Assembly: GCA_964510585.1 (NCBI GenBank)
Contig: CAZECW010000008.1
Coordinates: 1-17,126 of the forward strand
Source of the DNA: an uncultured archaeon
GTDB taxonomy: Archaea; Asgardarchaeota; Jordiarchaeia; Jordiarchaeales; Jordiarchaeaceae
Length of the DNA stretch: 17,126 nucleotides
Reading direction: 5' to 3'
A model generated the notes under the pieces. That model was not told the DNA's origin. It ran no database searches and saw only the letters and a list, made by a program, of their open reading frames with translations. Shown piece by piece: positions 1 to 7,458 of this stretch; positions within the stretch are counted from its first letter, which is position 1, and each line of letters starts with the position of its first letter. A program made the position numbers and the translations under genes.

Positions 1-366
1 GGACATTCGGGCGAACGCCAAAGGGGGGAGGAAGCTAAACAAGATGGTGCACAATTTCTGGAGCCACCACTATCTCTTGAAGCGCATCCGAGAGGTCTCT
101 GAAGAATATGGTATTCGAGTCGAGGTGGTGAACGAGCGTGGAACGTCGAGCCAGTGTCCCTGGTGTGGGAGCGGTGAAGTGATAAAGCGGGGCAGACTGC
201 TTAAGTGCAAGCAATGTGGGATTGAGGCGCACCGAGATGTGGCAGGGGCATTAAACATAGGTGCCGTCTATAACGGAGGGCACGTTAACTGGGCGATGGC
301 ACACCCATTGGAGGTTCAAATATGAGCTTCCAAGAATCCCCCGACTTTAGTCGCGGAGAGTGTCAA
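1..366 (+). mobile_element. IS200/IS605-family element, right part with right end
   Basis: After tnpB come GAAT (334-337), the hairpin TCCCCCGAC-TTTA-GTCGCGGAGA and terminal TCAA (363-366). This is the GAAT guide / TCAA cleavage-site layout known from IS608-type right ends. Confidence 0.9.
2..325 (+). CDS. tnpB: TnpB (IS200/IS605 OrfB) RNA-guided nuclease, 3' part; runs off the left edge
   Basis: The frame is open from base 2 (DIRANAKGGRKLNKMVHNFW...). It has VNERGTSSQCPWCG...LLKCKQCG (zinc ribbon) and HRDVAGALNI (RuvC-III Asp), and stops at TGA 323-325. Confidence 0.93.
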   Translation, partial: DIRANAKGGRKLNKMVHNFWSHHYLLKRIREVSEEYGIRVEVVNERGTSSQCPWCGSGEVIKRGRLLKCKQCGIEAHRDVAGALNIGAVYNGGHVNWAMAHPLEVQI

Positions 367-386
367 AGAAGGGCAACCTTACCATT
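255..386 (+). ncRNA. Predicted TnpB omegaRNA (scaffold to 366, guide about 367-386); 5' end uncertain
   Basis: It overlaps the tnpB 3' end and right end. Stems are 261-265/279-283, 290-293/304-307 and 310-318/323-331, plus the right-end hairpin. The pseudoknot pairs TGGCAC (297-302) with GTGTCA (360-365). Structure covaries with the copy at 16990-17110. Confidence 0.7.
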
Positions 387-845
387 ATTGACTGCTTAAA
401 CGTAAAAGGTGGTAAAGAAGGGCTGGAAGGCAACATCTATCCTGTTTCTAACCCCTTTGATGTAGATAAAGTTTTGTCAGAAATGACAAAGGTGAGAAAT
501 AGTATCCCTGAAGGTAAATCAGTCTTCTGGATATTCTCCACACTAACCGACATGAGCGTCGGCCTCCCTGAAGCTGATGTAATTAGATTTTGTAGAAAAG
601 TTTTCCGTTACCATAAATATTGCGGAGATCTAGCTCTCTACACACTCACAGAACAAGCCCATCCCAAAAGATTCCAAACAATGCTCTACCAATTATCTGA
701 CGTCTTCATAAAGTTTATAGGAGAGGACACTCCCGAAGGGATAGATTCCAAAATACAAATTTTAAAAGGAGTTTTCAACTTTAGCTTGAAAAAAACGAGA
801 TACATAATTAATGAAAAGAAACAAATCCAATTTTTAGAAGACTAA
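367..845 (+). pseudogene. C-terminal fragment of a RAD55/KaiC-like (RecA-fold) protein, abutting the IS right end
   Basis: KGNLTIIDC...NPFDVDKV...LSDVFIKF...IQILK matches the C-terminal half of RAD55-like proteins. There is no Walker A. The ORF-track GTG at 360 lies inside the IS end. Confidence 0.7.
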
Positions 846-960
846 AAAGTAAATACGCAAACTTACATGAGCTACGCTTCTTAGACAAAGAACGAAAACA
901 TGTTTTTATAGCAAAAATAAAAAATATTGAAACCCTCGGAACCTAACTCATTACTCTTTC

Positions 961-2607
961 CTACTCCCTTAGCTGCCTCTTTAGAACCTTCCCTGTTAAA
1001 CTCATAGGAAGTTCCTTACGGAACTCAATAATTTTTGGCACCTTATACTTGGCTAAATTATTTCTTAGAAAATTCATAATGTCCTCTTTTAATTCTGGAC
1101 TTTCCTGGTAGCCTTCCTTTAGCACTATGAATACCTTCACTCTTTCACTACCCGGACGTTCAGGATCCGGAACACCAACAGTTGCAGCCAGAGCCACTGC
1201 GGGATGCTGGTGAACAACCTCATCCACTTCCCTAGAGAAGACCTTGTATCCTGAAACATTAATCATATCCTTTGTACGGTCTACTATGTAGAAGTAGCCA
1301 TCTTCATCCATATAGCCCACATCTCCTGTAAATAGCCAACCGTCCTTGAGGGCGTGGGCGGTTTCCTCAGGCTTGTTCCAGTAGCCCTTGTAGAATACCT
1401 GTGGACCGTACACTGCTAATTCGCCTTTTTCACCCACAGGCAAAGCTTCTCTTGTGTTGATGTCCACGACCTTAACTATGGTGTCTGCAACGGGTAAACC
1501 CACGGAGCCGACCTTTTTCTTTCCTTTGAAGGGCATAATTGTTGCACAGGGGCTTGCTTCTGTGAGTCCCCAGATCTCCACCACCACGCCTTTGGTTTTG
1601 GATTGCAACTCCTTAATGATTTCTACCGGCATTGGGGCTGCAGCGCTCAAAAATTGTTCAGCGTTGACCACTTTGGATTCAAAGAATTTGGGATTCTTTA
1701 GTAGCATCATGTATAGGGTGGGCACGTTCACTATCCATTTGGGATTATAATCGTTTATTAGTTGAATTATGTTGTCTGTGTCTCGTGGGTTCCATACTAG
1801 GCACTGAGCGCCTCCAATGGTTACCGCCACCAGGCAAACTATCAGTCCTGCTACGTGGAACATGGGGAAAGCTGAGCAGAAGGTGTCTGTTCCAAAGGTG
1901 GGATTAAACCAAGTGTAAACCTGGTATATGTTGCACACCATGTTGCGGTGGGTGAGAACCACACCCTTGGGAAGGCCGGTGGTGCCTCCTGTATACTGTA
2001 GGATTGCCTCATCCTCTTCAGGGTCAATTTTTATTTTTGGAGGTTGAGGCGGATGAGTTCTAATTAGGGTGAGGAACTGTTTGGCTCCTTCCACCTCTTT
2101 AGGCTCAGCTAGGGGTCCTGGCTGCTGGGGAAAGTCGCCTAAGCCAGCAATGATTATGTTTTTCAGTTTGGTGTTGGGCTTGACTTCATTTACTCGGGAG
2201 AGGAATAGGTCTAGGGATATTATTGTTTCTGCTCCTGAGTCGTTTAGGATGAATTCTATTTCTCGGGGTGAGAGTAGGGGGTTTATTCCTACCACTGTCC
2301 CTCCGGCTTTAAGTATTCCGTATATGCTTATTACGTATTGTGGGACGTTAAGCATAAGGAGGGCTACTCTACTGCCCTTTTTAACTCCCATATCTGCCAG
2401 TGCATTGGCAAAACGATCTACATATTCTCCCAATTCTTTGTAAGTTACTGTTCTTTTGCCCCAGAAAAGTGCTGGCTTATCTGGAAAATTTTTCACCGAC
2501 TCGTTGAGGGTATCATAAACTGGTATTTTTGGATAATTTATGGTCTTTGGAACATCTTTATCATAGTTTTTTAACCATGGTTTTGAGAGGTACACTTTTT
2601 CGGCCAA
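961..2607 (-). CDS. fadD: Long-chain fatty-acid--CoA ligase (AMP-dependent synthetase)
   Basis: Motifs QYTGGTTGLPKG, WGLTEASP, GWLFTGDVG, DRTKDMINVSGYKV and TGKVLKR. The TTG start is preceded by GGAGG. Confidence 0.92.
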   Translation of the reverse strand: MAEKVYLSKPWLKNYDKDVPKTINYPKIPVYDTLNESVKNFPDKPALFWGKRTVTYKELGEYVDRFANALADMGVKKGSRVALLMLNVPQYVISIYGILKAGGTVVGINPLLSPREIEFILNDSGAETIISLDLFLSRVNEVKPNTKLKNIIIAGLGDFPQQPGPLAEPKEVEGAKQFLTLIRTHPPQPPKIKIDPEEDEAILQYTGGTTGLPKGVVLTHRNMVCNIYQVYTWFNPTFGTDTFCSAFPMFHVAGLIVCLVAVTIGGAQCLVWNPRDTDNIIQLINDYNPKWIVNVPTLYMMLLKNPKFFESKVVNAEQFLSAAAPMPVEIIKELQSKTKGVVVEIWGLTEASPCATIMPFKGKKKVGSVGLPVADTIVKVVDINTREALPVGEKGELAVYGPQVFYKGYWNKPEETAHALKDGWLFTGDVGYMDEDGYFYIVDRTKDMINVSGYKVFSREVDEVVHQHPAVALAATVGVPDPERPGSERVKVFIVLKEGYQESPELKEDIMNFLRNNLAKYKVPKIIEFRKELPMSLTGKVLKRQLRE

Positions 2608-2638
2608 TTATACTGCCTCCATCTCCTCCGGTAATTAG

Positions 2639-2644
2639 TATAAA
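2639..2644 (-). promoter_or_regulatory. Candidate archaeal TATA box for fadD
   Basis: TTTATA on the minus strand with an A-rich upstream element, about 32 nt before the start. Confidence 0.35.
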
Positions 2645-2803
2645 TGTGCTTTTTGAATTTTAAGCATTTTCGGATTTAAAAATATTATTTTTTTTCAATA
2701 TTAAATTTTTAATATCAATAAAAATGGGTGGACGAGTAACTTTTTAGAAACTAAATCTCATCTGATACCTAAACGGATTTTCGTGTAAGAATAACTATTT
2801 ATT

Positions 2804-4201
2804 TTATGTGAGTTTCTTTTTTGTTCCTATTAGATACTCTGGTTGGAAGATTTTCTCTATTGTTTTTTCGTCCATCAATCCCTTTTCTAAAACCAACTGC
2901 CTAACTGATACTCCTTTGCTGAGTGCTTCTTTTGCGATTTCAGCCGCCTTAAGGTATCCGATATGTGGTGAGAGAAGGGTAACAAGCGAAGGGTTCTTTT
3001 CAAGGTACTCTTTACACCTTTCACGGTTAGCTTTTATCTCCAATACACATTTTGTGGTAAAAACGGGAAGATAATTTACTAGGATGTCTATGGATTGGAG
3101 GAGGTTGTGGATTATTACGGGCATCATCACGTTAAGTTCTAGTTGTCCCGCCTGCACCGCTAAGGATATGGTGAGGTCGTTTCCCACAATTTGGAAACCT
3201 ATCATATCTAAACACTCACACATTACGGGATTCACTTTTCCGGGCATCATTGATGAGCCTGGTTGAACCGCTGGTAGTACAATCTCTGAGAGGCCAGTGG
3301 TTGGCCCAGAGTTGAGGAGGCGTAGGTCATTTGCTATGCGAATTAGTTCCAAGGCAAGTTCTTTTAGTCCACTTGACACTGCGGCTATTTTGAGTTGGCT
3401 CTGCTGTGCTTCAAAGGGATCAGATGCTGGTTTAAGGTTAAGAGAACTTATTTCAGAGAGCTTTTTCACCGCTGTTTCTCTATATTTTGGGTGCGTGTTA
3501 ACGCCTGTTCCAGTTGCTGTGCCACCCAAAGCTACCTCCTCTATCTCTTGTTTTCTAATTTTTAGTTGTCTTAGGGCTCGGTCTATTGCTGACGCGTAAG
3601 CATTGAATTCCTGTCCTAGGGTAACTGGTAAGGCGTCATTAAGATGGGTTCTCCCAGATTTTATCACATCGGCAAACTCTTCTCCCTTCTTGCGAAAAGC
3701 GTCTCTGAGATTTTCCAGTACAATAAACAGTTTTTGCAGACCTAGAATTGTGGCTACATGCATAGCGGTGGGGAAGGTATCATTAGTTGATTGTGCCATG
3801 TTAACGTGATCGTTTGGGCTTATTGTTTTGTATTCACCTTTGGGTCTGCCAATTATTTCTAAGGCGCGGTTGGCTAGTACCTCATTTACATTCATGTTAA
3901 AGGAGGTGCCCGCCCCTGCTTGGAAAACATCTACCACAAATTGATCCATTAGTTTGCCTCCCAGAACTTCATCACAAGCCTGAACTATGGCCTCCCCTAT
4001 TTTGGGATCTAGAAAACCCACCTCCATATTGGTCAGGGCGGCAGCCTTCTTTACCATAACGTAAGCCTTTACAAAAAGGGGATGTTCCCTCAACCCACTA
4101 ACGGGAAAATTTTCTAGTGCTCTTTGAGTCTGAATTCCATAATAAGCCTCAAATGGCACCTCCTTCTCTCCTAACGAATCCAGCTCTCTCCGCATTCTCA
4201 T
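2804..4201 (-). CDS. aspA: Aspartate ammonia-lyase / class II fumarase family, aspartase-like; likely start ATG 4201 or 4195
   Basis: Motifs DSLGEKEVP..AYYGIQTQRALENF, GAGTSFNMNVNEV, QSTNDTFPT, KSGRTH, GSSMMPGKVNP and GQLELNV. EIVLPAVQPG resembles AspA more than FumC (ENEPG). Confidence 0.85.
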   Translation of the reverse strand: MRMRRELDSLGEKEVPFEAYYGIQTQRALENFPVSGLREHPLFVKAYVMVKKAAALTNMEVGFLDPKIGEAIVQACDEVLGGKLMDQFVVDVFQAGAGTSFNMNVNEVLANRALEIIGRPKGEYKTISPNDHVNMAQSTNDTFPTAMHVATILGLQKLFIVLENLRDAFRKKGEEFADVIKSGRTHLNDALPVTLGQEFNAYASAIDRALRQLKIRKQEIEEVALGGTATGTGVNTHPKYRETAVKKLSEISSLNLKPASDPFEAQQSQLKIAAVSSGLKELALELIRIANDLRLLNSGPTTGLSEIVLPAVQPGSSMMPGKVNPVMCECLDMIGFQIVGNDLTISLAVQAGQLELNVMMPVIIHNLLQSIDILVNYLPVFTTKCVLEIKANRERCKEYLEKNPSLVTLLSPHIGYLKAAEIAKEALSKGVSVRQLVLEKGLMDEKTIEKIFQPEYLIGTKKKLT

Positions 4202-4417
4202 AACTATCCAACCAGCGTCAATTACAGACTGTTGACTACAGAAAAAGTTTACTCTCACTATAAAAATTTAATTCCCGTAAGTTAAGAGAATAGGAGAGGG
4301 AAACAAAAAATATTAATGTTTACTCCGAATCGAAGAAATAAGTTAGGAATTGTGGGTTCACCCATTTTAACATTTCTAATAAAAAGGAAAGCCCACATCC
4401 CCAAAGAATTAAGTCTT

Positions 4418-4978
4418 TTAGAATAATTCAGGTTTCTTCAGATGGAAATGGTACACGAATTGGCATACCGGATCTCCTCGGGATCGGCAGAGCACCTCAT
4501 TGCAGGTAACTGAATCTGCACCCCAATCCTCTAATCTGTGTTCTTCAATCCATTCCATGATTCCGGACAGTGTATTACACATAAACAATTGGGGTGATGG
4601 AGAAATCAAATCTTTACAGAGGGGACAGTCCGCTATAGTGTAGGTTATATGTACATCGCTTCCTTCTTTCTTAAATTCGGTTTTATCAAAAGTTGTTCCC
4701 GTGAAGAATTTGAATCCAAGATTATAAGCGGACTTGGGGTCAGCCAATTCTTCTAGACTTTTTGCGGGTCTCTGAGTTGCAGCTAGATATCTGGTATAGA
4801 TAAATTCACCCATGTCTCTCCCTATTTTTTTTAACTCTTGGTTAACTATTGCTGGATCCCTATGAATTTTCATAAAATAGCTAATTAGAGCTTGTACCAA
4901 GGATCTATAGACGAGTATGTTAATTTTTTCGGCTTTTATTCTCCAGGCTAGTACTCCTTTTACACCCAAATTTTTCAC
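4418..4978 (-). CDS. V4R-domain protein with Bet3/TRAPP-like features
   Basis: It has a V4R Cys pattern (DCPLC, MCN, EVLCRSRGDPVCQF) and the N-terminal helices VNQELKKIGRDMG. The GTG start overlaps the upstream stop (GTGA). Confidence 0.8.
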   Translation of the reverse strand: MKNLGVKGVLAWRIKAEKINILVYRSLVQALISYFMKIHRDPAIVNQELKKIGRDMGEFIYTRYLAATQRPAKSLEELADPKSAYNLGFKFFTGTTFDKTEFKKEGSDVHITYTIADCPLCKDLISPSPQLFMCNTLSGIMEWIEEHRLEDWGADSVTCNEVLCRSRGDPVCQFVYHFHLKKPELF

Positions 4979-5733
4979 CTCTTTATTTTTCTAAATCCTG
5001 AAACATATTTTATCGCTCCCTTTGCTCCAAAATCGCCGGTTGTTATCATTACTCGCGCTTTAGATATGCCAAGCTCCTCTGCTATATCATCAACAGTATG
5101 GTCGCCGTCACAGAGCTGGAGAATAGCTATCGCCATTGGTTCCTTTACCTTTTTCAAAATATTTTTGTCGACAAGTACGGGATAACTCACAGTTATGGTT
5201 ACTTCGGCTCCTCCTTCTTGGGAGGAGGACGCTAAAACTGGCTCGCTGGGTTTTTCTACCTCTATTTCCTCAGCGTAAGCCTCCTCTGGAATAGACTTGG
5301 CTATTTCAAGTTCTTCTGCTGCAGAAACTGCTTGCACAACTTTAAGAGGCGCCTCAGGAACTTTTTCGGCTACTGCTTTGACCTGCGGGGCGGGGAGCTC
5401 TTTTTCCAGCTCTTTGAACAAGTCCGTGTAATTCTCTTCTATGCGTTTACCAGCGACAATTAGAACCCCTTCCTTTTCATAGCTCTCTATAGCAAGGATT
5501 ATACGGGGAGAAGCCTTATAAATCAGTAGATTGCTTTTTGGCAACTTTTTAAGCTGGTAATCCCCCGGACTCCAAACTGGGAAAACTCTACTTAGCTGTT
5601 TGACGGCGGCCACAGATTCTGCCATAAGTGAAGAGTAGAGTATATTGCCACTATCATCTAGAAACGCCAAGTAACATTTCTTGGGCATAAACTTCGCAAT
5701 ATTTTCGGCGATTTCTTTAAATCTCTTCTCCAT
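4975..5733 (-). CDS. Roadblock/longin-like N-terminal domain, acidic linker and C-terminal winged helix
   Basis: Residues 1-110 show an alpha-beta-beta-alpha-beta-beta-beta-alpha hydrophobic pattern, followed by an E/A/P-rich linker. The C-terminus YPVL...ILQLCDGDHTVDDIAEELGISKARV is a wHTH. Confidence 0.65.
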   Translation of the reverse strand: MEKRFKEIAENIAKFMPKKCYLAFLDDSGNILYSSLMAESVAAVKQLSRVFPVWSPGDYQLKKLPKSNLLIYKASPRIILAIESYEKEGVLIVAGKRIEENYTDLFKELEKELPAPQVKAVAEKVPEAPLKVVQAVSAAEELEIAKSIPEEAYAEEIEVEKPSEPVLASSSQEGGAEVTITVSYPVLVDKNILKKVKEPMAIAILQLCDGDHTVDDIAEELGISKARVMITTGDFGAKGAIKYVSGFRKIKR

Positions 5734-5866
5734 GGTTACTGCCTGTCCAAATTTATGCTTTAGTATATATTAAAAATATTTAACATATTAAATCTTTTTG
5801 GAGCGCAAAATTCATAAAAAGACTCCAAAAAAGCAAAACCCCCAGCCTTCAGAAGTTCCCAACCTT

Positions 5867-6625
5867 TTAGCCGAAACCGTCCAGGAACGCCTTTACATTT
5901 TTACCCAAATCTCGATGATAGTATCCGCCTTCCAAGATTGCGAAGCGTCTCCCCGAACAAACTTTTTCTGAAAACTCCTTCACCATGGCGCCAATGGTTT
6001 TATAATCCTCGGTTTTCAATCGGCCTCCCCAGTCCAACTCATACTCATCAAAACCAGCGGAACATGCAACAATGTCACATCCTCGGGCAGCTTCAACCTT
6101 CAATTGCTCCGAAATTTCCTCCAAGTACTCTTTTCTACCGCCGTGATTCGGGTTAAGGATGGAAATTCCGGGTAGACCGCCAAGAATGTTCACTGTTCCA
6201 TCTCCAAAGTGTAAATCGAAGTCCAGAATAAACACTTTCTCAGCCTTACCCTCACTCCTAAGCTTCAAAATGGCAATAGCCATATTGTTAAAAAAGCAGA
6301 ACCCCCAGCAAGAGTCGCTAGAAGCGTGGTGACCGGGAGGACGAATCAAACCAAAAGCAGGCTCCCCACCATAACCGATTTCGGCAGCCATAATAGCGCC
6401 GCCAGCTGAAAGAGCTGCCACCTCATAAAGCCTCTTGTCACTTTTAATGGAATCAATGTGTCTCTGGGTATGAGCCCTCCTTATATCCTCCTCAGTGGCT
6501 GGTTTAGGCTCCACAAACTCAAAGTGCTTATAAAGGGCGTCATAAATACTCTCAATCCGCCCTGCCTTAGCCGCTGGGTCAGAAGCGTAAACAATTTTGT
6601 ACATTTCGTGGTAAACAATCTTCAA
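5867..6625 (-). CDS. Zn-dependent histone deacetylase-family (Rpd3/Hda1/AcuC superfamily) protein, compact; start TTG 6625, 6631 or 6643
   Basis: Motifs RPPGHHA, GFCFFNNMAIA, ILDFDLHFGDGT, SAGFD and LEGGY. GGAGGT lies upstream of the TTG codons at 6631 and 6625. Confidence 0.92.
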   Translation of the reverse strand: MKIVYHEMYKIVYASDPAAKAGRIESIYDALYKHFEFVEPKPATEEDIRRAHTQRHIDSIKSDKRLYEVAALSAGGAIMAAEIGYGGEPAFGLIRPPGHHASSDSCWGFCFFNNMAIAILKLRSEGKAEKVFILDFDLHFGDGTVNILGGLPGISILNPNHGGRKEYLEEISEQLKVEAARGCDIVACSAGFDEYELDWGGRLKTEDYKTIGAMVKEFSEKVCSGRRFAILEGGYYHRDLGKNVKAFLDGFG

Positions 6626-6819
6626 AGCCAACCCAACCTCCAAACCAACAAGTAAGCTCCCTTATGAATAGGACTATGAAGGTATTAAATTTTTGCGCCT
6701 GTTGAAAACATCTTAAAAATAGTTTCACCTTTTTTGCACTAGTTTGGTTACAGTTAGAAGGCGGGGTAGACACGGAAGTTTTTAGGGAAGGGAAAAGGTT
6801 TTATTTTTGGAAGGTAGCC

Positions 6820-6969
6820 TTAATTATTCTTTTCTTTTTCGCCCTCTTCCCTGAAAAAGTCTTGGTCTTCTCTATAGTCGACATATCCTTCAGAAATTAT
6901 TCTTGCTCTGAATCTTTCTCTCCTCTTCTTTTCTATGGGACTAAAATCCTTATTGTCTTTTCTAGGCAA
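6820..6969 (-). CDS. Small charged hypothetical protein, 49 aa (52 aa from GTG 6978); not in the ORF track
   Basis: MPRKDNKDFSPIEKKRRERFRARIISEGYVDYREDQDFFREEGEKEKNN. GGTGA lies 4 nt before the TTG, and codons are purine-rich like neighbouring genes. Confidence 0.55.
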   Translation of the reverse strand: MPRKDNKDFSPIEKKRRERFRARIISEGYVDYREDQDFFREEGEKEKNN

Positions 6970-7230
6970 ATTTTTCACCCTAATAGGAACATTAAACTTT
7001 TACACAATTCACTCTATTTTTTTGTTTGTTCCCTTCACATGGTGATTTTACCCTAAATATTTAAACACCAATTAAATATTAAATGTTTTCTAAACAAGGC
7101 TTTTGGTATATTATAGGTCAAACAGGTTTAAAAATGTGCTAACAGCTATTACATATTTTTGAAAGCTAAATCGCAGATTTGAATCAAAAATTTTTAGACG
7201 CACAAGACTCATAGGAAAGACAGGGTACGC

Positions 7231-7395
7231 CTATTTTTTCCATTTAACTTTTTCTTTTTTGGACAAGTTTTCCAGTTCTTCCGAGTCCAGCTCGGGTTCC
7301 ACTTGGGCTAATTTTTTAAGTTCTTCCAGGTTATAGTTTTCAATTTCTCCTTTTTTTCCAACCTTGGGGGCGCAAACTTTACAGTCTTTATCCAC
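7231..7395 (-). CDS. Small CxxC-containing hypothetical protein, 54 aa; not in the ORF track
   Basis: MDKDCKVCAPKVGKKGEIENYNLEELKKLAQVEPELDSEELENLSKKEKVKWKK. GGAGG lies 7 nt before the GTG, with a TATA-like box upstream. Confidence 0.7.
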   Translation of the reverse strand: MDKDCKVCAPKVGKKGEIENYNLEELKKLAQVEPELDSEELENLSKKEKVKWKK

Positions 7396-7442
7396 AGTTT
7401 CTCCTCCAAAAACACTACCTACTTTTACTCAAATAGCCAAAT

Positions 7443-7450
7443 CTTATAAA
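7443..7450 (-). promoter_or_regulatory. Candidate TATA box for the 54-aa ORF
   Basis: TTTATAAG on the minus strand, about 48 nt upstream of GTG 7395. Confidence 0.4.
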
Positions 7451-7458
7451 CATTTAGT

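Noticed and set aside
35-258. Minus-strand ORFs 35-232 and 70-258
   Set aside because: They are antisense shadows of tnpB with no motifs.
363-368. Both elements read TCAAAG, suggesting a longer end or a group I IStron-like terminal G
   Set aside because: The GAAT/TCAA layout defines the end at TCAA. A shared AG in two flanks is easily chance, no intron core is visible, and the second element is antisense to its host gene so it could not splice out.
1454-3809. Plus-strand ORFs opposite fadD and aspA
   Set aside because: They are antisense shadows of well-supported genes.
6862-7056. 64-aa hydrophobic plus-strand ORF
   Set aside because: It is the antisense of the purine-rich small ORF 6820-6969, which has a ribosome-binding site. 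Its F/S/L richness is what such a shadow produces.
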